Assembly (NCBI GenBank): GCA_017654855.1
Contig: CM030333.1
Coordinates: forward strand, 868,001 to 932,000
DNA from: Podospora anserina
Lineage: Eukaryota
Length of the DNA stretch: 64,000 nt
Reading direction: 5' to 3'
Of this stretch, positions 23,986 through 35,500 are shown piece by piece. The position numbers were made by a program, and so were the translations under genes. How positions within the stretch are numbered: position 1 is the stretch's first letter; each line of letters opens with the position of its first letter. The notes under the pieces are model-generated. The model ran no database searches and had not been told where the DNA came from. It saw nothing but the letters and a program-made list of their open reading frames with translations.

Positions 23986-24469
23986 AAAAAAAAAAGAAAA
24001 AAAAAAGAAAAGGGGGTGGGAGTGTATATGTACTTGTATGAGAGAGTACAAAGATGTTGGGGGGTGTATATTATTTCAGATGTATATATGATGATTAGAG
24101 CCTTGTTTATACTTGACTTTCAAGATATATTGGGGCTTTTTAGTAAAGTTGATTGCGAAAAATTTTGAATCACAAAGAGATGGAAATCCCAGCTTTGAAT
24201 TACCTCATCGCTAGCTTTTGATTCTTTCCATCCCAGCTTGAAATGGACACAACAAGCTCGAAACAATAACACCGAATGCTTGGATGGCTGGTCACAAGTG
24301 CTTGGATAGATATTAATGAAAGACATGTTCACAGCATTTCTCACGCAGTCCAAGGGGTCAGATGTTGACAGCAACAGAAACAAACAAGCTCTTGATATTT
24401 GAGCGTTGGGGTATCATTACAAGCAAAAATACGCCCCCCCCCCCCTTTTCCACACATCTATCCCGACAA

Positions 24470-24800
24470 ACGCCTCCAACCAATGCAAATATGCCTGTCC
24501 CTCCGGTATCAACGCCTAAAACGAATGCAACTAGGCCTCCCAGACATCCTTTGACGCCTCCATTAACCCCGGATATGCGTAGAACAGATGAAAATTAGGC
24601 CTTCAAAAATGTCGAATAGGCCTCCCCCCCCAAACATAAAACGACGCCTCAAACAAGTGTAAACAGAGGCCTATCAGGCATGATTTGATGCCTCCCAACC
24701 AATCTTTTGATGCCTCAAACGAAAGAAAACAGGCCTCTCAAACATAAAAGAACGCGTCCCGGCTTATCTTTTGACGCCTATCCGAACATGTCGGAGGCCT
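24470..24800. repeat. Periodic array of 16 A[CGT]GC[CG]T hexamers with divergent spacers
   Basis: Core G at 24472, 24493, 24514, 24535, 24556, 24577, 24599, 24620, 24646, 24669, 24690, 24712, 24733, 24754, 24776, 24797. Confidence 0.85.
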
Positions 24801-26385
24801 TCCCATTGCCCTCATCGAGCTTCTTTTCCTTCTTCTCCTCCTTCTTCTCCTCCTCCTTCTCCTCATTCTCGGGACCCATAACCCTCCGCACCTCCGGCCC
24901 CGTATAATTCCCCGACTCAGGATTGTACCGACTATTCATATACTCTGTATACTTCTTCATAAACTCCTCCCTCTTTCGTTCATGATGCCGGGTTGCTGCT
25001 CCTGGAGGGGGCCAGCGCTCCTGTTGCGGGGGAGCGGGAGGGGGAGCGGGAAAAGAGGAGAGAAAAACGGGAGGGGTGATGGAAGGGATAGGAGGAGGGG
25101 GGTAACTCGGTGGTAGTGGCGGAGGAGTGCGAGTCGGCATCGGGGGAGGACGATGGGGTGAAGGAGGGGGGGTTGCAGGAGAGTCCGCCAGGGACAGCAG
25201 GGCTAGCTTACCGATGAGGGAGGGGGGAGAGGCGTTTTGGTGGGGCTGCTCTGGCTGGTGCCGCTCGTTTGGCTGGTACTTTTGCTGCTCTTTGGCCGGC
25301 TGGTACTTTTCGTACTGGTGCTGCTGCTCCTCAGCTTGATGGTACCGCTCTTTTGGCTGGTACTCTCGAGACCGCCGTTGCTGGTCTTGCTCGTCCTGTT
25401 GGTACGAGTTATGAGACTCATTGGACTCGTCTTCTTGCTCTTCAGCGACCGGCTGAAGAAGCGGCGACGACGGGGAGAAAGCCGGGCGGGGAGAAGGCGG
25501 CGGCGGCAGGAGAACAAAACTGGGGGGACGGAAAATATCATCCTCTTCGATTTCGTCCCAGTCGATGCTCGGCACTCGTCTGGTGGCATCCCGATAGGCT
25601 TTCGCCCGTTCTTGGGTGCGCTCAGGCTCAGGAGCAAGCTCCAGGCCGGCGGCGGACGACGGCTCGGGGTCGCTTGCTGGGACCGGCGAGTCGCCGAGGG
25701 GGGGGAGAGGCGGGAAGAGTCTGTCCAGGGTTGCCAAAACGTTTTTGGCCTCTTGGGCGTGCTGGGAATTGGGGGCCTCGGGGTGGAGTTGGCAGCTGCT
25801 GCTTGCCGCCGCCCTGGTGGGCGACTCCAGGTCGTCGAGGCAACGACCCAGCGGAAGGTTCGCCATGAACTGCTTGTAATCAAGCAGGGTGAGGTCGTTG
25901 TCGTCGGGCTCGTGGGGGTCCCGGAGCAGCTTTGGTTTGGAGGAGGGGGAGGGAGCGAAGACGGACGAGCTGGTGGCGACGGGGAGGTTGGAGGGGTTGG
26001 AGGAGGAGGAGGAGGGAACGGTGGTGGCAGCAGGAGCAGCACCCTCCTCGAAAAAGGTCGCCAGGCTCTTGACGGATTTGTGGCCTTTGGCCACCGCCTG
26101 GGGGGTCGCAGAGGGCGACACCTTGCGCCCGAGGTTCGAAGCAAAGGTATCTATCGACATTTGTTGTTAGAAAACTCCAGTCAAGTTGATTTCTTCGACC
26201 TTTTTTTGCTCTCAAGTAAGCAAACAAGTGAATAAAGTCGAGCACAAAGGTGAATTTCGAGTAGTCAGTCGCAAAACGGCCGAGTTGCTCGACAGTCTTG
26301 ACTTACCGTGGCTCCGGCGTGGGATCTTCCTCTCCAAGATGAGGCCGGCGAGCGCCCCATCTTCTTTCTTCTCCTTCTTCTCCAT
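24778..26385 (-). CDS. Orphan Pro/Gln-rich low-complexity protein; probable intron 26306-26151, 5' end uncertain
   Basis: 460-aa ORF. Upstream exon MEKKEKKEDGALAGLILERKIPRRSH joins in frame through GTAAGT...CTAAC...TAG; another GTAAGT donor near 26468 suggests further 5' exons. No domain recognised. Confidence 0.6.
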
Positions 26386-29282
26386 CGTCTGTGAGCGGTA
26401 ACTGCGATGCCGTGCGAGCGCCTGGTTAGCGGTTGAGGTTGGTTTGCTCGAGCAACATCAAGACTTACAGAAGCAGCTGTGAACGCCAATGAACAGTTCA
26501 GAAGCGTTTTTCGAGAAGTCCCAAGATCTCAAAACAAATAAGTGTGTGTGAACCGCTTAGTCGCCATGCTTAGTCGTCCTGCGGTGCCTCCATCATCAGC
26601 TGCGGACCCGCCTGCCAGCCGCAGTCAAGCCGTAGAAGGCCCGGAGGGTTCCCAAGGTATCTGTCGAGACATTGCGGCTCTGAAAGAGTGTTCACAAGAA
26701 ACAGTGGCTCTTGGAGTCCAGCTCTCCGTGGAGGTGGCAGAGTACATTGTGACTGACGAAAGGTTCGTCAACGCAGTCCATATATTTGACTCGTTACTAT
26801 CAACCTGTTGATCAGAGTTGCGGACTGTAGAGTGGCGCTGGGAGCGGCTGCACAAGACTTGTTCGCTACCTACCTCACATACAAACTACCTTATGGAGCC
26901 AACAGAAGGACCAACAAGGACCCGCTGCTCCATCTTCTAGAAGAGTTCACTTTCTGCTCTTTTGGGTGTTTGGCCTTCAGCTGAGGACACAGTCTTCTCC
27001 GTGAACCTGAGCACGGTGGAGAGCAGGAGAGACATGTTGCCCACCGCAGACAGCAATTCAGGGAACTGGGGCTGTTCTGTACATTGGAAGAGAAAATATC
27101 ACGAGGATTAGAGTGTTTCTATCATGTATATGAGTAGAGTCTTCTGTTGCTATCCAATATCAACAGTTGAGGTGGCTCGTGCGTTCAGGGGCTGCTTTGC
27201 CCCTGAACTGTTTGCCACCGCCCGGACCATCACCATGTAAACAAACGTCAATCTTCACATTTGCCTCCGAAATATAGACAAACTGGCATATTTGACTCTT
27301 CAAAGTGTAGTTTAGGTTCATTAATGCCACGAGCGTACCCTCCTTTATCTTCATGTTCAGTCCGGAAAACACTCTCCAAGCACACAAAGTGCTGACATGC
27401 ACAACAAGTGACACCCGTCATTGAAGATGACAAATGTCCGAGTGTGATGTTGTTCAGATCTGTCTTTAAGCCGCAAGCCATGTAAGAACCTAACCATAAC
27501 GGTGGTGACGTGTTCTCGTAGCCGCTGGCACAAGGTCCAGACATAGCCGTTTTCGGGGGTAAAGCGGTGTCTCCACCATGAAGAGGCATTGCAAGTGTTT
27601 ACAACAAGCGGCACAGGAACTCGCGATACAACACTTGAGCCATTCTCTGGAGAACTCTGGAGAGGTCCACGTTGGCCGGGATCATGCTGACTGAATGCGA
27701 CCTTGAGCCCTTCTTTGGCTTCCAAGAAGCGTTACACAGACCCAGCGGCTACAACTATATCTTACCCTCGCCGTCCCTGAACATATAGCTCAACAAATTA
27801 ACTCCCCAAAGTACCTTTCTCGTTTCCATTCCTCTTTGTGCCAGAATTTACAAAGGACAAGTGATGAAGTTGGCCCTTGATTCTGGCTCTGATTGGCGCT
27901 GACGGGTATTACCGTATCCATCGTATAAGCAGGCAAAATAGCGCGGTGACCCCTTTTACATCAACAGCGTCTGGTCCCAAACTCGCTTCCTCTGGCAATG
28001 ACACTCACCCCTGATCCAGTCGGATTTGCCAGAGGTGATCACCAAACAGAAACACCAAGCTGAAATGGCCCCCATGGGCCATGGTCAGCCCCGAAGTCTT
28101 GCAATCAGATGCTACGGTGCAGATCAGGAAGCTTGCTCCGGAGCTGAAAAGGCGCTGTCGATCACCAGAAGCACCACATGTTTGGAACCAGTCTCCCGGG
28201 GCCCTTTTGTCAGTTGCACTGCACCACCTAGCACTGATAAGCTACCTAACACGGGCAACGACAAAAATATCATAATGTCGCGGCAAACACCACAACCTCA
28301 CACCGAGGAGATACTGAGCACAAATGTCAGGTCAGTGTCTTCAGCTGGGCAAGCCTCCAAAGGTCCAGACCTCCTGTCTTATACTCTCACCTTGGGTCAT
28401 GATCTGTTCGTCATGCCACTCCTTCAGTCACAGGTCCAGACATGTCACGGTAGAAGCCGCTCAATTTCCAATGACGACAACGACGAAAAGCCGTGCCACG
28501 GCCGCCGCCATGATCCAAAGGGCTCTTTTCCACACCATACTGTTAGGTGGTCTCCGGGAACCCCACTGCAACGTTAATCGCGCGGCGTTCTGTCAGACGC
28601 TTTGCTCCAGTCTTCACCACTCAACGGAAAGACGAAGATACGCTGCGCCGTCCCGTGCCATGACAACCGACAAGGAAGGCACCTTACAGCTGATGCGCAC
28701 ACCCCACCATCTCACGGGTAGTCACCTCCCCCCTGTCGGTCTGAAGGATCATCTAAATGGAATTCCAACCCACCACCAAACACAAGTAAGTTCCCGTCAC
28801 CTCATCAAAAAAGTCTTGAAATTCCAAAACTCGAGAAATACAATTGACTAGCATCATTTTTTCCAAAATAGCAAAGCGAGGAAAAAAAAAAAAAGAAAAA
28901 AAAAAGAGGCGTGACCTGACTTTCTCCTTGGCTGGGCATAATCCATCGCTAACTAACCCCAACTTTCTCGCCGATTTTCCTGTTTGGGAATGTAGACCCT
29001 TGTACGCCTTCTCTCTCGCCTTTTTCTTCTTTTCTTCTTGTTTGTCTTTTTTCCCACGAGCGGCTTGTCACGGCCACCCCCGCAATTGCCTTCCCGCCCA
29101 ACTGCCAGAAATAATCACAGCAAACATTTTTCTTTTCTGGCATTGCTTCTTTTCCATCTCGAACCGGCCGGCGTAGAGAAACATTGTGAGTGGTCAAATC
29201 TCGACCGGCGAAGCGGGCATGTGTGCCGAGCTGAAGGATACCCATAAGCTGAACCGACACGAGAGGAACTGACATGGTCAGG

Positions 29283-29310
29283 CACACACAGACACACACA
29301 CACACACACA
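29283..29310. repeat. (CA)n microsatellite
   Basis: Interrupted CA dinucleotide run. Confidence 0.8.
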
Positions 29311-30736
29311 TATATGCAGGAGACAGATCGACGGACGGGCAGGTTCCTTCAGCTGCGAGCACGTCGGTCGGTAAGGTAGGCAGGGCTTGTGTTGCACCTC
29401 GACGAGGGAGAAAGGCCCTTAAACACTGCGTCTGTATGTAATGTACAGGTAGGTAGATGGCTGCTTTCGCTAGGCAGCCGTTCAAATGTCTGACGATGAC
29501 ACCAGTCGCCATTAAGCAAAGGGTGACTTATCTTGCATCCATCGTGGACTTTTGTTTTTCTAGATACCTAGTCTGCAGATTCCAAATCATGTCATCTTTA
29601 CCACCTGAGCCACCAGAGTAGAATTTCCAAAAGCCAAAGAGGGTAACTGGAAAAGAATGCCTTGGCTAAGCGCCACTACACTACTCCCCACAACCGATCA
29701 TCATCAAAGATGTTTTGGATCTAGAAAAAACAACCGGTTGATCGATAGCTTCGAACACTGCAAGGAGGCGCAGTGACTGTGTGGCATGGACATACTGTGT
29801 AGGTAGATAGATGGATACAACCTACGTGTAGCTCAAGTCCACTTTCTTCCACCACTACCTCCATCTCCATCATCAATCAACATCACCACGCACCAAAATG
29901 TAACCCATTCTCCCTCGTTCCCAATTCCACTTAACCCTTTCGGTAACTACTTCGTCCTTTTCCCTCCAGATCTCCCTCCAGATCTTCCCCACTCCCGGGC
30001 GCTCGCTCACCAGCCGGCCCCCGGCCCCCACTGTCACCGGTAACTCAAACCTGACACCGAGAAGACCGACTGACAACACACACAAAAGACACCACTTTTT
30101 GCACAACGTTCATATAATTTTTATTACAGATCTGATGGGTGCAAAATACACGACAGGAAAATAAGGCAATGCCCGAGACATACACCACCTTGGTTGTAAC
30201 AAAAGTTTCTAGGCAGGCAAGATGCACCCGTCCATCTCTGCGTGGGATTTTTACCATTTTGTGTGTGTGTGTGTGTGTAAGGAGGCAACCATTTGCATAA
30301 GGGGATGGATGGACGTCTTGGGCATTTTTCCATTCTGGAAAATCACCTGATTTGACAATCCCATTCTCTGCAATAAAATCAACTACAGTATGATGATGCC
30401 TGGAGAGGATATGTTAAATGTTGACAAGAAACTGCATTAAAACTAAACAACTAATCAACTAAAAAGGAAACTATCGGCCGTTACAGAGTGAAAATCATGA
30501 AAAAAAAAGATGAAAAAAAGATGAAAAAAAGAGAAAGAAAAAGAAAATAAATGAAAAAAGAAGGGGGTATTCCTTATTCCTTTGCCCACGCTGTCAAATG
30601 TTCCAAATCAATCCATCTATCCCATCCCATACCATTCCATACCAACCCATCATGTCGTGAATCGCAGGAGATATATCAAAGAAAAACAAAAAAAAAAAAG
30701 GTATCCAAATAGTCATAAATCATACCCAACTCTCAT

Positions 30737-32509
30737 TTACTCCTCCTCCCCCTCAGCATCAACATCCCCCTCCGCATCCTCCTCCTCCCCCCTCCCACTA
30801 ACCACAATCTCCTCCCTCACCCCCCTCCCTTTTTGTCCCTGTCCCCCCCTAACCTGCCCGTTCCCGCCACCCCCCTGCCTCTCTAACACCTTCCTCAACT
30901 CCCACCTCCCCCCCCGTCCCCCCCGTTCAATAATCCCCACCTCCCTACTCTTAGCCCACTCAACCAAGCTCCCATCCTCCTCCCCCCCAAACCTGACCTG
31001 CCCCTCCCTCCCCAACGCCGCCCCCTCTAGATGCTTAGCCACATGCTCCATCCTCTGATCCCACGCCTCCGGGCCCCTAAACTCCCCCACCTTACACCCC
31101 TTGACAGGACACCTCATAACCTCAGGCAGCTTACACCTCTCCCTCTTTCCCCTCTCCTGCAGCTCCCTCAACCTCCCCTCCCACCCGGCCATCTCCTCCT
31201 TCTCCCCCGGCGTCAACACCCCCCCTTTATTCGCCCTCCCGGCACAAAGTTTCTTCGCCCCAGCAGGCATGTGCATCCTCTTCAGGTGCTGGGTGTACAA
31301 ATCCTTGCGATTGAAAATCGCCCCATTCGGCAGACGACAACCGCCATTGTTCGTCTTGGCGCACACACCCTCTGTGCAGAGCCAGTAGTCCAGCAGCAGG
31401 TGCTGCGTGATGACGTGACGCTTCCATTCGTTCTTGGCCGCAAAGGTCGCTTCGCAGCCGGCAAAGTGGAACACGCAAGTGAAGGGGCGGGTGTGCTGCT
31501 TCTTGACGTGGGCGTCAAAGTCGGTGCGGTCGGGAAAGTCGGTTCGGTTGCAGTCGGGGCATTTGAAGGATACCGAGGAGGGAGCCAAGGGGTTGATCCG
31601 GCGTGGGGAGGGTTTGGGGAGCCGCTGCTGCTTGGGCGGTTGTTGTTGTTGTTGTTGTTGAGGCTGGGGGGGCCAGACTTGGGTTGGGATGCGTTGTTGT
31701 TGGATGATGGGAGCGGGATGGTTGTTGTTGTTGAGTTTGGTTTTCTTGGCAGGGCGGTGCTCGTCTTCAGAGCCAGAGTCGGAATGGCGTTTGGGGGTTG
31801 GGGGGAGGGAAGACTCCTCGGAAGAGGAGTCGCTGTCGTGGTCGAGTTCCCGCTTAAGGGGAGAAGAGTAAGAAGTAGAAGCCTGGATCTCCTCCTTGAT
31901 CATGGGCATGTCCTCGGCCGGACTGGCAAGACGAGTAAAGTCGGAGCCGACGGTGTTTTGGTTGGTGCTCATGTCGCACTGGGTGGATGTGTAGCTCGGC
32001 TCAAAGAACATGCCCTGGCTGTAGTCCATGTCGTTGTCGTTGTAGAGCGAGTTCATGCCGCCGTCAGTCCAAGCCCCGTAGCTCGGCATCATGCCCGAGC
32101 CCGTGAACCTGATGATGGCGTCGTGAGTGCTCGAGAAGTCGTCAAACTGCCCTGGCATGGGTGAGAAGACAGATGGGACCTCAGGGGGCGTCGTGGGATA
32201 CTCGTAGAAAGATTCAGTCTCAGCACCGGGGCTCGGGGCGCTGCCCGAGGCGGAGGACAGCTCGTGGGAAGACATGGGACTGGCAAATCGTTGTTGCGTC
32301 GGTGGTGGAACAGCGGAAACGCCCATGCTCGTAAAGTATGTCTTGGAGTGGGTGTCGTTCAGGAACCGCTGAGTGGTGGCGGAGAGGATAGGGTCGATGT
32401 AAAGGTTATCCTCAGTCTGTGTCGCAGCCAAGTCTTGGATAGGAACGTCGATGTTCGCATATCCAAAGCTCGAAGTGCTGCTGAAGATGGTTGAGAAGTG
32501 GCCAGCCAT
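30737..32509 (-). CDS. C2H2 zinc-finger transcription factor
   Basis: CPDCNRTDF...HVKKQH, RPFTCVFHFAGCEATFAAKNEWKRHVITQH, FNRKDLYTQHLKRMH, WDQRMEHVAKH; polyQ tract. Confidence 0.9.
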   Translation of the reverse strand: MAGHFSTIFSSTSSFGYANIDVPIQDLAATQTEDNLYIDPILSATTQRFLNDTHSKTYFTSMGVSAVPPPTQQRFASPMSSHELSSASGSAPSPGAETESFYEYPTTPPEVPSVFSPMPGQFDDFSSTHDAIIRFTGSGMMPSYGAWTDGGMNSLYNDNDMDYSQGMFFEPSYTSTQCDMSTNQNTVGSDFTRLASPAEDMPMIKEEIQASTSYSSPLKRELDHDSDSSSEESSLPPTPKRHSDSGSEDEHRPAKKTKLNNNNHPAPIIQQQRIPTQVWPPQPQQQQQQQPPKQQRLPKPSPRRINPLAPSSVSFKCPDCNRTDFPDRTDFDAHVKKQHTRPFTCVFHFAGCEATFAAKNEWKRHVITQHLLLDYWLCTEGVCAKTNNGGCRLPNGAIFNRKDLYTQHLKRMHMPAGAKKLCAGRANKGGVLTPGEKEEMAGWEGRLRELQERGKRERCKLPEVMRCPVKGCKVGEFRGPEAWDQRMEHVAKHLEGAALGREGQVRFGGEEDGSLVEWAKSREVGIIERGGRGGRWELRKVLERQGGGGNGQVRGGQGQKGRGVREEIVVSGRGEEEDAEGDVDAEGEEE

Positions 32510-35500
32510 CTTGAATGGTGATGAGGGAAAGAGAGGTGGTCGATGTTGGGGCAGAAAGCGTCAAAGACACAAACGTACGGCAAGCCAGAGCTGTATAGCC
32601 TCAAGCTTGAAGAGCCAACATGGGAGGGTGCGAGTAGTTATGTGCGGTGCTGTCTGAAGGATCCAGCAAAGGAAAATGGAAATGAGGTCGCGGTGCTGGT
32701 CGAGGTATGGGTGGCACGTGAAGACGCAGTGAACAAAAGATGCAACAGCGGATCCTGGACTTGAGACCCACGCACCGTAATATAAAAAGGCGAGGGGGAC
32801 TTATGCTGCATAGCTCGATGTGGCGATGATCAAGAACAGACCACGAAGAGCGGGAGCAGCTTGGATCAAATATGAAGAAGACAAAAGGTACGAACCACAT
32901 GGAGACAAGGGCAGTGACCGCGTTTCCATCTTGGTGTGCCATGTTCGGGAGAGCGCGCCAGAGCTGGCGGTTCTTCTGCTGCTCCCCACTTGTGCCCAAG
33001 CCCACCACTCTCTAAGCTCATCGCCAGAGGGGAAGGACGCTCCCCCCTTCGTGGCTCGCTGCTCGGGGAGAATGCGGCTCTGCTGTGGGCCCAGGATGTA
33101 CTCCTACAGCCTAAGCACAGCATCTGGGTACAAGAGGGTTCTGCCAAGTAGCCAAGGTGGTAGCGAAAAGGCCCTGGCTCACAGGAGGGGGGGCTGAGGC
33201 CAGGTTCCCAGGCCACCCCTGCCCGATTTCGCGGCAGGGGGGCGGACGGGGTTGGCAACAATCTCTTGAGAAGCGCTAGAAGGGTGTTGTGAGCCGTCGT
33301 CTTTGAGCGCTGCGCCTCAGGCTTGCTTGCTTTCTGAACAAGAGGTGAGTTGTATACGGGACAAGTCTGAAATGTACAGCGCACAGGGTACATGATACCT
33401 ACAGAGGAAGCGCGCGAGATGTCGAAACAGACGCGGGAGCTGTTTCCAGTGAGAGTTCGTTTACTTTGCATGCCCGGTTCTCCCGCCGAGCACTCTCGGG
33501 GCTTCACAGCAGAGGCCAGTCGCTCGGGTATCTGATATGTCACAAGCGGGGGCCGAGTCAATGGCGCGAACATGAACAGCAAGGTACATACCCCAGACTG
33601 CAGACTGCCCTGGAGCGCGGACGGGTTGTGGGCGAGAGCGATGGTTCGCGGACAGCTCTTGATGATATCGACACCCTCCCACAGACACCTCCCCTGGTCG
33701 AGCAAAATCCCCCTAATTCCCAACCCGACAAGAGGAGACGGCAGATGACGGGATGACCAAATTTGAGGCTCTTTTGTGCTTCTACTTGCTTGTATTCGTC
33801 GTCCTGCTTCCCCGGACGGCGGCGTGATTCGTGGCTCCCGATGAAAGTGGCATTTGCCCATTTCCGATCAGAGTGGGCGCCACAAGGTCGATTTACTTCC
33901 TGCATGAGCATATGTCAGTCACGTCAGTCAGGAAAGAAGAAAAAGCTGAAAAAATCAATTCATCATGATGTTTGGTTTGCTGTGCTTGTTGGTGATTTGG
34001 GAGGTGGTCGGTGCACTTAGGATTACCGCTAAAACAGACGCTAAGAAGCTGTCCGTTTCTCCCCAGACTGAGGTGCCCCACTGGATCCAGTGAGTGGCCC
34101 AGGGACCCAAACGCTCAAATCCTTATTAACCCTTGGCCTTGGCGGCTGTCTTCGTTTCCATCTTTCTTGGCGGGGCTTCCGTCTCTTCTTGATGCTTGAG
34201 ATGAATTCCATCGTTGACAGTCGACTGTCGTGTCGTGTCGTGTCGTGTCATCTCGGGCACATCTGACATCTCGCTAGTTTCTGTCACGTTCACCAAAACA
34301 GCCCAAGCATGCAGGGCATCCAAGGGCGACAACACACTGCGATCGATTTCCTCACCAGGACATGACAGACAGCAGACGGGAGAGAAAAAGAAGGGTTGCA
34401 ACCGCGGACGTGGCAGACGTCCGGAAAAGGTGGGGTTCTACGCCCAGCTTCTGAGCATCTTCCCCTCTGGTCTCAACCATGGCCGCTCTGATTGGGCCCT
34501 TTGCGTCGCCGGTCAGAATGGAATCTCTCTTTCCCGTCTTCAAACCCAGCGCCCTGGGCTCGCCTCTGTCTTGGGCTCTGACCCTTCCCGTCCCTCTCTG
34601 ATATGCCGTCGTTCGTCAACAAATCACACCTCCACCGCCATTTCAACCTCAGAGTAGGGTGATATTGTAATTTCTGATGCAAAAGACTTCACATCTGGAC
34701 AGTCACATGTTTCTGCGCCGGCCAGTGATTAGCAGAAATCTCTGTCGGGCCCAGTCTTCCCCTGCCCGCCCGCCGTCCTCCCGCAGCTTTCGCCTCCTCG
34801 CTCTTGTCTTCAACTCGTCCCGGCGGCAGCAGCGTGGCTGTCAGACTTGTCGCGGGCCCGGGGGATCGACGGCCAATCAGCATGACACCCCAGAGAGCAA
34901 GCAAGTCAAGCAACAAGCAAAGCCTATTCTCGTCTTGGGGGCCAGAAATCTTGGGAAGGACCCAGCCCCACGGTCAGAGACCGCCCTAGTCGACGTTTCT
35001 CTTTGCCGGCGACGGGCCTCAATGACGACTACCTATCGGTCTCTGTAAACGGCAAATGGCCGTCGGTCGAGCTTTTAGCCTCTTGACCGGCGATAGAACA
35101 CGGAGCGGTCAGAGACGCATGAGCTTAATTGGCCCGACACCCGTCACAATGTCACGATAGCAAATCGACACTGGTAAGACTGCCGCTGCGACACTGGAGG
35201 GGGAAGCCTGGCAAGGCGACGGTGGTGGTGACGGTGCTTGTGGTCGCCTTGTTCTTTGCATGCACCCCGCCGTGTAACTCCAACTGATCAGCCAAACACT
35301 TCCGAGGGAACAACTTCACCAACTGGCGACACCCCGTTGCCAAGAGATCATCAGCAATGACAAAAACCAAAAAGACAAAACGGTCAAGAAGCTACGTCTC
35401 ACATGGGTTGTTGACCTTGGCCGCCACGACGGGCCTCCTTTCACAAATGACAATCGAAGCTGGACAGACACCTCTACCACACACCTAGATCCGGCCCATT

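Noticed and set aside
24470-24800. CRISPR-like reading of the core-spacer array
   Set aside because: Eukaryotic context, 6-bp core, about 15-bp spacers and no cas genes.
32866-33861. 331-aa minus ORF upstream of the C2H2 gene
   Set aside because: Non-ATG start, no motif or evident codon bias; probably promoter or leader sequence.
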